Below are positions 46,724-56,466 of a DNA stretch of 64,000 nucleotides, in pieces. How positions within the stretch are numbered: the first letter of the stretch is position 1; the number at the start of each line of letters is the position of its first letter. The notes below the pieces were generated by a model. That model was not told the DNA's origin. It ran no database searches and was given only the letters and a program-made list of their open reading frames with translations. This DNA is from an uncultured Gemmatimonadales bacterium (GTDB lineage Bacteria; Gemmatimonadota; Gemmatimonadetes; Gemmatimonadales; GWC2-71-9): contig CAWFGG010000010.1 of assembly GCA_963815325.1 (NCBI GenBank), positions 213,631 to 277,630 of the forward strand. The letters run 5' to 3'. The position numbers and the translations under genes are program-made.

Positions 46724-47440
46724 CTACGCGCTGTGCATGAGTCGGGCCATGTCCTCGACGGCCGACCGCATGCCGGTAAAGATCGCGCGGCTCACGATAC
46801 TGTGGCCGATGTTGAGCTCCTCGATTTCGGGAATCCGTGCGACGGGTTGCACATTGCGGTAAGTGAGTCCGTGACCGGCGTGCACGGCCAATTCCAGGGC
46901 TCTCGCGTAACGGGCGGCGTGCTGCAGTTCCTCGAGCGCTGCCGGACTCTGCTGCCAGGTATTGGCGTAGCGTCCGGTGTGCAGTTCGAGAGCGGGGACC
47001 CGGAGCGACTTCGCCGCTTCGATTTGCACTTCCTCCGGATCGATGAACAGGCTGAGGCGGCACCCCGCGGCGGCGAGACGGTCGATGATAGCCTGGAGAC
47101 GGCTGGGGTCTCTGGTCAAATCGAGACCGCCCTCAGTGGTAATCTCTTCGCGTCGTTCGGGGACGAGGGTGGCTTGATATGGCCGGAGGCGGCACGCCAG
47201 GGCGACCACATCCTCACTGCTCGCGAGCTCGAGGTTGAGGATTCGCACGCGCTCCGACAACGCAATCACATCGCGATCCTGGATGTGCCGCCGGTCTTCC
47301 CGCAGGTGGACCGTGATGCCGTCCGCTCCGCCGGCTTCGCATTCGGCTGCGGCGAGTGCGGGGTCGGGCTCATCGGCGCGTCGCGCCTCGCGAACCGTCG
47401 CGACGTGGTCGATATTCACATACAGTCGTGTTGGAGTCAT
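46724..47440 (-). CDS. pdxJ: Pyridoxine 5'-phosphate synthase
   Basis: LYVNIDHVATVREAR, ITVHLREDRRHIQ, TTEGGLD, ELHTG, HAGHGL, ELNIGH. Confidence 0.97.
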   Translation of the reverse strand: MTPTRLYVNIDHVATVREARRADEPDPALAAAECEAGGADGITVHLREDRRHIQDRDVIALSERVRILNLELASSEDVVALACRLRPYQATLVPERREEITTEGGLDLTRDPSRLQAIIDRLAAAGCRLSLFIDPEEVQIEAAKSLRVPALELHTGRYANTWQQSPAALEELQHAARYARALELAVHAGHGLTYRNVQPVARIPEIEELNIGHSIVSRAIFTGMRSAVEDMARLMHSA

Positions 47441-47497
47441 TGATCCGACTCTCCCCCCGGTTTACTTTCGACGTCGGCCACCACCCACGAGGTTCCT

Positions 47498-47935
47498 TTG
47501 AGTCAGCGCTGGATTTTTGCCGCCCTCACCCTTGTCATCGGATGTGGGCAGGGCTCGGTGCAGGTTCCGCCCAGCCCCAATCCCGAATCGGCCGTCGAGA
47601 CGTTCATGCAGAGCGTCAGCGACAGCAACCTGGCGATGATGTCCCAATACTGGGGCACGGCCAAGGGCTCGGCTGCCGAGACGAACGACCCGTCCGACTA
47701 CCTCAAGCGGATCGAAGTGATGCGGGTGTATCTGCGTCACGACTCGTTCAAGATTACGTCCAATCGGGCGAGTCAAGAGGCCGACGACATCCGGGACCTC
47801 ACGGTCGAAATCCGGCGAGACTCGTGTGTGCGCCAGGTTCCGTTCCAGGTGGTCCGGACCCGCGCGCGTCGATGGATCATCCGCAATATCGATCTCACGG
47901 CAATAGGTAACCCTATCGCGCCGTGTCGGGAGTAG
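47498..47935 (+). CDS. Hypothetical lipoprotein (NTF2-like fold possible)
   Basis: Lipobox-like VIGC after hydrophobic stretch; PESAVETFM and W.I..ID pattern; GAGG RBS. Confidence 0.7.
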   Translation: MSQRWIFAALTLVIGCGQGSVQVPPSPNPESAVETFMQSVSDSNLAMMSQYWGTAKGSAAETNDPSDYLKRIEVMRVYLRHDSFKITSNRASQEADDIRDLTVEIRRDSCVRQVPFQVVRTRARRWIIRNIDLTAIGNPIAPCRE

Positions 47936-47987
47936 CGTGCGTCGTGCGAGGGCCTGGCCGGGAACTTTCCGCGTCCACCGGTGTTCC

Positions 47988-48383
47988 TTATTCGGTTAGC
48001 TCGAGCAGGATGCCGGCGGTGGACTTCGGGTGCACGAACGCGACGCGGCGACCGCCGGCCCCGCGCCTGGGGACCTCATCGATGAGCTGGTATCCCTGTG
48101 CCCGGCACGCCTCGAGCGTCTGATCGAGGTCACGTACGCGGTAGCAAATATGATGGATGCCGGGGCCGCGTCGCGCCAGAAATTTTGCGATGGGCCCATC
48201 GGGAGTCTTGGGAGCGAGGAGCTCGACGTGGGAGTCGCCGAACGCAAGCGAAGCGATCATGGCGCCGTCCGCCTCCTCCTGTGGAAGGGGAGCAAGCCCG
48301 AGGATGTCGCGATAGAAGCTCAACGCAGCTTCGAGATCGGGAACGGCAACCCCAACGTGGGCGATGCGAGCGGAATCCGACAC
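47988..48383 (-). CDS. mce: Methylmalonyl-CoA epimerase (VOC family)
   Basis: HVGVAVPDL, VELLAP, KFL..RGPGIHHICY, FVHPKSTAGILLEL; GAGGT RBS before GTG 48383. Confidence 0.9.
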   Translation of the reverse strand: MSDSARIAHVGVAVPDLEAALSFYRDILGLAPLPQEEADGAMIASLAFGDSHVELLAPKTPDGPIAKFLARRGPGIHHICYRVRDLDQTLEACRAQGYQLIDEVPRRGAGGRRVAFVHPKSTAGILLELTE

Positions 48384-48493
48384 GGCTACCTCGTGGGAGT
48401 GTGAGTGGGGTCTCGCGTCGACCGTAGAAAGTAACCAGCACGGTGGCATCTGGTGAGCCCCGTCGGATCGAGAAAATCGAGAAAGAGGAAAGC

Positions 48494-48832
48494 ATGAGCA
48501 CAGCATCGAGCGCGCCGGTCGCCGTCACGGATGATTCCTTTGCCGGGGATGTCGAACAGGCATCGGGACTGGTCCTGGTTGATTTCTGGGCTACCTGGTG
48601 CGGACCCTGCCAAACCATTGCTCCGATCCTAAGCCAACTGGCGGGAGAGTATGCGGGCAAGGTCAAAGTGACGAAACTCGACGTCGACGCCAATCAGCGC
48701 ACGGCCATGCGGTTCAATGTCCGTTCCATCCCGAGCGTGTTGTTCTTCCGGGATGGGAATCACGTGGACACGGTGGTCGGAGCGGTCCCCAAGGCGGTGT
48801 TGGAAGGCAAGATCAAGGAGCATCTCTCCTAG
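48494..48832 (+). CDS. trxA: Thioredoxin
   Basis: LVDFWATWCGPC, VRSIP, GAVPK. Confidence 0.96.
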   Translation: MSTASSAPVAVTDDSFAGDVEQASGLVLVDFWATWCGPCQTIAPILSQLAGEYAGKVKVTKLDVDANQRTAMRFNVRSIPSVLFFRDGNHVDTVVGAVPKAVLEGKIKEHLS

Positions 48833-48883
48833 CCCGCGTCCCGCACGGGGCCGCCCTCGAGGGTGGCCCCCGGTCCAATGTCT

Positions 48884-49900
48884 ATGCGCCCAAGCAGCGC
48901 GTGCCTGCTGCAATCGACTGTTAGACTGCATGACATCGTGTTCCCGGCGGCCGGTTACCTGCTCCGGCGGACCCGCCTTGCATTTGTCGACCTGAACAAT
49001 CTCATCGCATTTGCGACGCGGAGCCGGGACGGGAAGGTCGATGCCTACTTCGCCGGCTACCTGCCGGAGGAAGTGGTGCTGCTCTTCTTCCGGCAGGGGA
49101 AACTGGTAAACGCCGCCACACTGGGACCAACAGTGCGGGGCATCATCCCGATCGACGAGTCGCTCCGGCGGCTCAAAGCGGAATCGGAGCGCGGCGAGGG
49201 AGTCTACGCCACGGCGGAGGCCAGCCAACTCGCCATGATGTACGGCGCGTCGCTCGAGTCAGCCACGCTCCGCTTCGTGAACCCGCCGGACCCTGCCGCG
49301 CTGTTCCCATCCCTCATGGAAGAGCGGTTCTCCGGCACTCTCGAGTTCATCTCAAACGGACGCGTGAATTACTTGCAGTTCGACGACGGTGGGTTCGTTG
49401 GCGGGTTTCTCTGCGACCGCGCCGCGGATGTTTCCGTACCGTCGTACCTGGAGAGCCTGTTCGCGCCGCTCACCGGCGGTGCCTCACCTGCAATCGCCGG
49501 GACCACCCTGCATCCGCCGCCGGCGGTTCCTGTTCAGGCACTCCCCTCGCAGATCCGGATGTATCGCGAGGTGGTGGAACGTCTGGTCCAAGCCGTCGGC
49601 GAGGAAGTGCAGGATGACGCTTCGACCCGCGCCCGACGCGCCTTTGATGATGTCGTCGCCCTCCATCCGGAAGCGACCTATCTCCGTCTCGAAGCATCGG
49701 ACGATGCGGGGTCCCTCGCGATCGAGGCCGATGCCCTGACCCGGGCACTCGCCGCCTGGTCCAGCGAACTGCTGAACGGAGTCGAGATCGTCTCGCCGGA
49801 GGCGGCACCCGGCCTCCTCAGCAAAGCAACCCGCGATCATCGTCACGTGCTTCGCGCCGCCGGCTTCTTCGATACCATCCCGTGGACGCTGGAACCGTAG
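48884..49900 (+). CDS. Hypothetical protein, possible tandem DUF4388/PATAN-like domains; start uncertain
   Basis: Two segments resembling L...sG.l......l.F..G (LLFFRQGKLVNA; FSGTLEFI..YLQFDDG). Confidence 0.6.
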   Translation: MRPSSACLLQSTVRLHDIVFPAAGYLLRRTRLAFVDLNNLIAFATRSRDGKVDAYFAGYLPEEVVLLFFRQGKLVNAATLGPTVRGIIPIDESLRRLKAESERGEGVYATAEASQLAMMYGASLESATLRFVNPPDPAALFPSLMEERFSGTLEFISNGRVNYLQFDDGGFVGGFLCDRAADVSVPSYLESLFAPLTGGASPAIAGTTLHPPPAVPVQALPSQIRMYREVVERLVQAVGEEVQDDASTRARRAFDDVVALHPEATYLRLEASDDAGSLAIEADALTRALAAWSSELLNGVEIVSPEAAPGLLSKATRDHRHVLRAAGFFDTIPWTLEP

Positions 49901-50736
49901 CCGCGTCCGGGACCCTCTACGTCGTCGCGACACCCCTCGGGCATCTCGGGGACCTCACCGCTCGGGCCCGGGAGGTGCTCTGCGTGGTCCCGATCGTGGC
50001 GGCTGAGGACACCCGCCACACGCGGAAACTCCTGACTCATATTGGGGCCACGCCCCGGCTGCTGAGCTTCCACGCGCACTCCCCCCCGACGCGGGCCGTC
50101 CAAATCATCGAGGCGCTCAGAGCCGGGTCGGACGTCGCGTTGGTGTCGGATGCCGGCACACCGGGAATCAGTGATCCCGGGGCATCGCTGGTCCGGACGG
50201 TGCGGAATGCCGGCCTACCCGTCGTCCCCATTCCTGGAGCGTCGGCCGTTGCGGTCGCGCTCTCGGCTGCCGGTCTGCCGGCCGACCGGTTCCTGTTCTT
50301 GGGGTTTCTGCCGCGGAAGGGTGCCGAACGGCGCCGGTTGATCGAGCGTGCGACCACCGAAGAGTGGACCACGGTCATCTTCGAGGCTCCTCCGCGGCTC
50401 TCGGCGCTCTTGACGGAGCTGGCCGCCGTGGCGGAGCCCGACCGTCGGGCCGTGGTCTGCCGAGAGCTGACCAAGGTGCACGAGGAGATACGGGAAGGCA
50501 GTCTCGCGGAGCTGGCAGACCACTATGCGGCGACACCGCCTCGTGGAGAGATCACTGTCCTCGTCGAGGGGACGGGAAAGGAGCGGAAACCACCGCCGGA
50601 TCTCGATGCCCTGCGGTCCGAGGCTCAGGCACTGCTCGGAGAAGGCCTGAGTCGGCGCTCGGTGGTGGGCCGATTGACGGAATCCAGCGGCGTGCCGCGC
50701 AATGAGATCTATCGTCTGGTCATGGAGTTGCGATGA
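49882..50736 (+). CDS. rsmI: 16S rRNA (C1402-2'-O) methyltransferase
   Basis: GTLYVVATPLG.LGD, AEDTR, VSDAGTPGISDPG, FLGFLPRK, RELTKVHEE. Confidence 0.96.
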   Translation: MDAGTVAASGTLYVVATPLGHLGDLTARAREVLCVVPIVAAEDTRHTRKLLTHIGATPRLLSFHAHSPPTRAVQIIEALRAGSDVALVSDAGTPGISDPGASLVRTVRNAGLPVVPIPGASAVAVALSAAGLPADRFLFLGFLPRKGAERRRLIERATTEEWTTVIFEAPPRLSALLTELAAVAEPDRRAVVCRELTKVHEEIREGSLAELADHYAATPPRGEITVLVEGTGKERKPPPDLDALRSEAQALLGEGLSRRSVVGRLTESSGVPRNEIYRLVMELR

Positions 50737-51421
50737 TCACCTGCGTCCGGGCTGCCATTCTCGGAATTGCCGCCGTGGCGAGCGGGCCGTGGAGCGGGGC
50801 GATATCGGGCCGGATCCCCGGGTCGGAGATGACCATTGGGCGGCTTCACTATGAGGGAGGGGGAGACTGGTACGCCAACCCATCGAGCCTTCCCAATTTG
50901 CTGCAGGCCATTCGATCCGGCACGCGGCTTCGCGTCGCCGAGCGGGAGAAGGTCGTTACCCTCGACGACGATGACCTGTGGACCGTGCCTTACTTGTACA
51001 TGACCGGCCATGGCAACGTGCGGCTGAGCGACGCCCAGTTGCGCACGCTCGGGCGGTACCTCGAGCAAGGTGGCTTTCTCCACGCCGACGATAACTACGG
51101 GATGGATGCTCTCTTCGTCGCGAACTTGGCCGGCTGTACCCGAATCTCGAGCTGGTGGAGGTGCCGCTCGAGCATCCGATCTATCACGTGGTCTATCAGT
51201 TTCCCGAAGGCCTTCCCAAAGTGCACGAGCACGACGGCAAGCCGGCTCAAGGACTCGGTCTCTTCATCGACGGCCGCCTCGCGGTGTTCTACAGCTATCA
51301 GTCGGATCTCGGCGACGGCTGGGAAGACCCCGATGTCCACCGTGACCCGCCCGAAGTCCGGGAGGCGGCGCTTCGCATGGGCGTGAACCTGTTCGCGTAC
51401 GCCGTGGCATCCGCCGAATGA
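50733..51421 (+). CDS. DUF4159 domain exported protein (missing base near 51110)
   Basis: Y.GGGDWYANPSSLPNL, PYLYMTGHGN, GGFLHADDNYG; continues in another frame RRELGRLYP..HPIYH..GLPKVHEHDG..DLGDGWED..MGVN. Confidence 0.85.
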
Positions 51422-54400
51422 CCCATCCCACGACCAGAGCGACCCTCCATCGGCTGATCCTCCCGATTCAAGCCCTCGAAGGTGCGGCGTGGCTGGTCGG
51501 CATGCTTGGCAGCATGCTCGTCGTCCTGGGCCTCGCGGCGTGGCTGGCTCGGCTTGGCTGGTTCGATCCACCGTATTGGGTGCTGGTCGGATGGGCCGTC
51601 GCCGTTCTGGCCGTGCTTGGTGCGGTAGTGCGCGGCTGGCGCCACCGTGGCCGGCTGGCGCTCGAAGCGATTGCCCGAGTGCTCGAGGAGAACGGGGTGT
51701 CGCGTCGAGGAGGACTCACGGGCCTCCTGGTACCTCCGGTCGACGGAACCAGTGCCGACCTGTACCGGCTGGCCGATCGCAGTCGTGCCCGCGACCTCGC
51801 CGAGAGTGGGCGCCGCGAAGTCGCCCCGATTGCGCAGGCGGCCCGAGGCAGAGCCGCCGCCGCCGGCGCCCTATTCCTCTTCGGTGTGCTGCTGGTTGCC
51901 TCCGCCGGTCCGGTCCGCGGCGCAGCCGCGCAACTCTGGCGCCCGAAGGCGGCCTGGGATCGGACGACGGCCCCGGTGACGCTCCAGGCATCGGACACGA
52001 TCGTGGATCGTGGTCACTCGGTTGACCTCGCGCTTGCGGCCGTCGGACGCCGGAGCGCGGCCCTGTGGACCCGGTCGCCGGGCGAGGCGTGGCGGAGCGA
52101 ATCGGTGACCTTGGATCAAGCAGGGAACGCCACTCGGACCACTGGGCCCTTGGCGAGCGATCTCCACGCGCGTCTCGTGAGCGGTACGCGAAGTTCGGAA
52201 ACCATCACGGTCCACGTCAGGTTGCCCGCGTTCCTCGGCGCGCTGTCGGTGGTCGCCCGGTATCCGCCCTACCTGGGCTTGGCGGATGAGCCGCTTCCCA
52301 CGGGAGGCGACACGCTGCTTCTGCCGGCCGGAACCGTGTTGGCGACGTCGGGAGAGGCGACGACCATGCTAGCGGAGGCGAACTGGCTTGGCGCCACGAC
52401 CTCGCACCCGTTGACCGTGACGGGATCGACCTTCCAGGGGCAATTCATACCGCGGAACTCCGGGGTGTACCGTCTCGCGATCCACACCGCGGACGGTGGG
52501 ACCCTGGACGGTGACATCCCTCGGCTTCCGATTCGCGTGGTGAGCGATAGTGCGCCGACGGTCGAGGTGCCCGTGCCCGGCAGAGACACCCTGCTGCCGA
52601 GCACGTTGCGCATACCGATCGTGGTCGATGCCCGTGACGACCATGGTCTTCGGGAGATCCGGCTCACCAGCCGGCGGATTTCCCGACTTGGAGTCGTGAA
52701 TGAGCCGCGTGTCGAGCGCGTGCCCCTACCCGAAGGGCAACCTGACCGTGCAATCGTGTCCTACGATTTCAACCTGAGCGCCCGGAGCCTCCTGCCCGGC
52801 GATTCAGTGCGGTACCTGGTCGAGGTCGTGGACAATGCACCGCGCCCCAACATCGGCCGGTCGCAGGAGTATCGCCTTCGGCTTCCGACGCTCAGGGAAA
52901 TACGGGCCCGGACGCGCGAGGCAACCGCGGAATTGGAACAGCGGTTGGATTCGCTCGCGACGGCAAGTCGGCGCATCGAACGACGGACGGAAGATCTGAG
53001 CCGGGAACGGACACGCGGTGAACAGGGACGCACCGCAGGGCAGGAGGAGTCGCTGGCGTTCGAGGATGCCAAACGAGCCGAGGCGGCGGCCCAAGACCAC
53101 GAAGCGCTCATGCGCCAAGCTGAAGAAATGCGCGATGCCCTCGATGCGTTGCGAGAGACCGCGGAGGCGGCAGGGCTCGATGATCCCGACTGGCAGGCTC
53201 GACTGGAGGAAATCCGGCAACAGCTCGATCGGGCCCTCTCGCCCGAGATCCGGGAAAAGCTGGCGGAGCTGCAACAAGCACTCCTGGAGCTCAATGCCCA
53301 ACGCACCCGCGACGCGCTCGAGCGCTTGGCCGAGGCGCAGCGGGAGTTGCGCGAGGTCCTGGAGCGAAGCCGCGACCTCTTCCGCCGCGCGGCGTTGGAG
53401 GGAGACCTCGCCAACCTCGAACAAGACGCCCGCGAGCTAGCCGAGCGGCAGGAACAGTGGAACAGCGCGGTGGCATCGGCCGACAGCACGGAGGCCGCCG
53501 CGGAGGAACGCGACCTGGCCGCGGAGACTGATTCGCTTGCCAAGGTATTGGAGCAGCTCACCGATGCGCTCGAACGCGAAGGGCTGACCGCCGCCAATGA
53601 TCTGGTCCGGCAGGCGATGGAAGCCGCCCAACAGATGCTCGATGCGGCGAAACATGCGCAATCGGGCGACCGGCCAACCGCCGAGCAGAAGGGGCGCCAG
53701 GCACTCGAGCAGCTCCAGCCGCTGGGAGATCGGATCGGTGCCGAACGGAGCGGGTTGCAGCAGCGGTGGCGGGAAGAGATCGCGACGGCACTCGACCGCG
53801 GCCTGACCGAAGTGAGCCGTCTGACCGAGCGGCAGCTCGAGTTGGAGCGCGCTATCCGGTCTGACGCACCACCCGGTCGCGTGCTGGCCGACCAAGGGGC
53901 CATCGAGGAGGGTGTCGAGAACCTCATCCAGCAAATGCAGCGGGCTTCCGGCAAGAATGCGCTGGTATCTCCTGACATTGCCGGTGCGCTCGCTCAGGCC
54001 CAGCGCCAGATGCGCCAGGCCCGCGAGGGACTGGCATCCGCCATGCCCAATGTGCGCGATGCAGCCGAGCAGGCCGGCCAGGCTGTCGACGCCCTCAATG
54101 CCGCTGCCTACCAGATGGTACGATCCCGGGGCGATGTCGCCGGAGCGGGAACGGGCTCGGGCCTGGTGGAAGCGCTGGAGCGCATGAGTGAGCTGGCCAA
54201 GCAACAAGGCCAATTGGGTGAACGGGCCGGGGGGCTGATCCCGCTGGCCGGCGGCGGAATGTTGCGCGAGCAGTTGCGCCGCCTTGCGCAGGAGCAGCGT
54301 CGGCTTGCCGAAGAGCTCGAGCGCATTCGCGCGAGCGGCCAGCTGCCAAACAGCGGCGCGCTGGCGGAAGAGGCGCGAGACCTGGCCCGGCGGCTGGAGG

Positions 54401-54693
54401 CCGGTCGGCTCGACCAGCAGACAGTCGAGCGCCAGCAACGGTTGTTCCGACGGATGTTGGACGCCGGCCGCACGCTCCAGGGGCGGGAAGAGGACGACCG
54501 GAAGGAACGCCAGAGCCAAACCGCGACGGGAGACAATATCCGGCTGCCTCCGGCGCTGCGAGCGCTGGTGAACAGCGGAGCGCGCGGGCCCGAGATTCCC
54601 TCCTGGGAAGAGCTGCAGCGATTCTCGCCCGAGGAACGGCGGCTGGTCGTTGAGTACTTCCGCCGGCTGGCTGAGCCGGCCGGGAGGCCCTGA
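51418..54693 (+). CDS. Large membrane-anchored Ig-like + coiled-coil protein (DUF4175-like)
   Basis: Three N-terminal TMs; YPPYLG, D.APTV, ARDDHGL, PGDSVRYLVEVVDN; Q/E-rich coiled coil; terminal VEYFRRL. Confidence 0.75.
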   Translation: MTHPTTRATLHRLILPIQALEGAAWLVGMLGSMLVVLGLAAWLARLGWFDPPYWVLVGWAVAVLAVLGAVVRGWRHRGRLALEAIARVLEENGVSRRGGLTGLLVPPVDGTSADLYRLADRSRARDLAESGRREVAPIAQAARGRAAAAGALFLFGVLLVASAGPVRGAAAQLWRPKAAWDRTTAPVTLQASDTIVDRGHSVDLALAAVGRRSAALWTRSPGEAWRSESVTLDQAGNATRTTGPLASDLHARLVSGTRSSETITVHVRLPAFLGALSVVARYPPYLGLADEPLPTGGDTLLLPAGTVLATSGEATTMLAEANWLGATTSHPLTVTGSTFQGQFIPRNSGVYRLAIHTADGGTLDGDIPRLPIRVVSDSAPTVEVPVPGRDTLLPSTLRIPIVVDARDDHGLREIRLTSRRISRLGVVNEPRVERVPLPEGQPDRAIVSYDFNLSARSLLPGDSVRYLVEVVDNAPRPNIGRSQEYRLRLPTLREIRARTREATAELEQRLDSLATASRRIERRTEDLSRERTRGEQGRTAGQEESLAFEDAKRAEAAAQDHEALMRQAEEMRDALDALRETAEAAGLDDPDWQARLEEIRQQLDRALSPEIREKLAELQQALLELNAQRTRDALERLAEAQRELREVLERSRDLFRRAALEGDLANLEQDARELAERQEQWNSAVASADSTEAAAEERDLAAETDSLAKVLEQLTDALEREGLTAANDLVRQAMEAAQQMLDAAKHAQSGDRPTAEQKGRQALEQLQPLGDRIGAERSGLQQRWREEIATALDRGLTEVSRLTERQLELERAIRSDAPPGRVLADQGAIEEGVENLIQQMQRASGKNALVSPDIAGALAQAQRQMRQAREGLASAMPNVRDAAEQAGQAVDALNAAAYQMVRSRGDVAGAGTGSGLVEALERMSELAKQQGQLGERAGGLIPLAGGGMLREQLRRLAQEQRRLAEELERIRASGQLPNSGALAEEARDLARRLEAGRLDQQTVERQQRLFRRMLDAGRTLQGREEDDRKERQSQTATGDNIRLPPALRALVNSGARGPEIPSWEELQRFSPEERRLVVEYFRRLAEPAGRP

Positions 54694-54696
54694 GGC

Positions 54697-56466
54697 ATGA
54701 CCCCGGTGTGGCGAGGCACAGCGGGTGGGCAGTCTGTGCCCCGGCATCTGGTTCTATCCGTTCTGCTCGCATTGAGCCTGGTCGGCACATTGCCGGCGCA
54801 GGAAGCCGCGGTGGCGCGCGCGTTCGAACTCGAACGCCGAGGGAAGTACGCCGAGGCGGCTGACGCCTATCGGCTCGTCCTCCTTACCCACGCTACCGAC
54901 GTATCGGCCCTGCTCGGCATGGAGCGGTCGCTCCTCCCGCTTGGCCGATCGGCGGAAATTCTGCCGCCCGTCCGCGCCGCGCTCGAGGGCGACTCCACGC
55001 TCACCGTGGCGCATGGGATCGGAGTGCGGGCCTGGGCCGAGCTGGGGCAGCTCGACAGCCTGAAGGCCCTGGTCGAGCGATGGGTTCGGGTGGAGCCGGA
55101 CGACGAGGCCCCGTACCGGGAGTGGGGCCGCGCGGCGCTTCTCCAGCGCAACCGTGGTGCGGCCCGGGCGGCGTATCACCGTGGACGCGAGCGTTTGGGG
55201 CGTCCCACGGCGCTGGCGGCGGAGCTCGCTCAACTCGCGATGCTCGAGGGAGAGTATGGCGAGGCATCCCGTGAGTGGGTGCATGCCGTGGTGGATCTTC
55301 CCGGGTATCGAAGCGCGGCTCAGTCGGCGCTCGGCAAGGCCCCCGCGAAGGCGCGCCCGGAAATTCTCCAAGCGCTGAACGCGGCGCGCGCACCTGTGGG
55401 GCGCGAGTTGGCTGCCAGCCTCCAAGCAGAGTGGGGCGAGCCGTTGGCGGGGCTCCAACTTCTCGAACGGAACCTTCCTCGAGGTGCCGACGCCGAGGTT
55501 CAAGCCTACCAACAGTTCCTGGAGCAGATCCGGGGACAGCACGGGGACGAAGCGAAACAGGTCCGCGCCAGAATTCTCGAGGCCATAGCCCAGCGTACCG
55601 CCGGCCCACAGAATGCCCGCCTTCGACTCGAGGCTGCCCGGTCGTTCGCCGAGAGCGGTGATGCCGCCGCCGCCCGCCGGATGCTGGCCGGACTGGCTGA
55701 GGACGAGGCGGCACCATCGGACCTTGCGGCCGGTGCGACCCTCACGCTCATCAAGATCCTCGCAGCCGAAGGGAAGTTGGCAGAGGCGGAGCGGCGATTA
55801 GAGCAACATCAGGATGGCCTGAGCGGGGAAGACGTGGCGAACGCATGGCGCGATCTCGCTGTTCGATGGATTGATGCCGGCAACCTGGACCGCGCGGAGG
55901 CGGCCGTCGCTCACGATCAATCCGTGGAGGGACTCGCCGTCGCGGGGAAGGTCCGCCTCTTTCGTGGCGACCTTCGCGGCGCGTTCGAGCGACTCCAGGC
56001 CGCGGGGCCATTTGCCGGCTCGCGCGAGGACGCGGCAAAGAGGACGGCGCTGCTCGCGCTCATCCAGCCGATTCGAGCCGACAGCCTTCCAGCCTTGGGC
56101 CAAGGGCTGTCGGCACTGGAGCGAGGGGATACGGCGACGGCGCTCCGGGCACTCTTGGCCGTGGCGGAAAGACTCCCTATCGGTGCGGGTGGGGCCGAGG
56201 TGTATCTGCTGGCTGGCCGCGTCGAGGCCGCGCGTGGACGGACTGATCGGGCAGAGCGGCTCTTTCGGATGGCGGACAACGCCGATGCGCTGGCCACGGC
56301 TCCGGCCGCCGAACTCGAGTTGGCGCGTCTCTTGGTCGGCCTCGAGCGGGTTGATGAGGCGATCGGGCTCCTCGAACATCTCATCATCACCTATTCGGGT
56401 AGCGCCCTGGTGCCGCAAGCCCGGCGGCTACTCGATGCGGTGCGTGGGGCGGTTCCGCGAACATGA
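54697..56466 (+). CDS. Exported tetratricopeptide-repeat protein
   Basis: Signal peptide; many TPR-like helices, terminal LIITYSGSALVPQARRLL; start may be GTG 54736. Confidence 0.75.
   Translation: MTPVWRGTAGGQSVPRHLVLSVLLALSLVGTLPAQEAAVARAFELERRGKYAEAADAYRLVLLTHATDVSALLGMERSLLPLGRSAEILPPVRAALEGDSTLTVAHGIGVRAWAELGQLDSLKALVERWVRVEPDDEAPYREWGRAALLQRNRGAARAAYHRGRERLGRPTALAAELAQLAMLEGEYGEASREWVHAVVDLPGYRSAAQSALGKAPAKARPEILQALNAARAPVGRELAASLQAEWGEPLAGLQLLERNLPRGADAEVQAYQQFLEQIRGQHGDEAKQVRARILEAIAQRTAGPQNARLRLEAARSFAESGDAAAARRMLAGLAEDEAAPSDLAAGATLTLIKILAAEGKLAEAERRLEQHQDGLSGEDVANAWRDLAVRWIDAGNLDRAEAAVAHDQSVEGLAVAGKVRLFRGDLRGAFERLQAAGPFAGSREDAAKRTALLALIQPIRADSLPALGQGLSALERGDTATALRALLAVAERLPIGAGGAEVYLLAGRVEAARGRTDRAERLFRMADNADALATAPAAELELARLLVGLERVDEAIGLLEHLIITYSGSALVPQARRLLDAVRGAVPRT

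Noticed and set aside
44675-47443. 922-aa plus-strand ORF
   Set aside because: Antisense shadow of pdxJ and the Hpt-like gene; no motifs; expected in high-GC DNA.
48400-48415. TGTGA-N6-TCTCG between mce and trxA
   Set aside because: Partial CRP-like match that could arise by chance; no supporting promoter identified.
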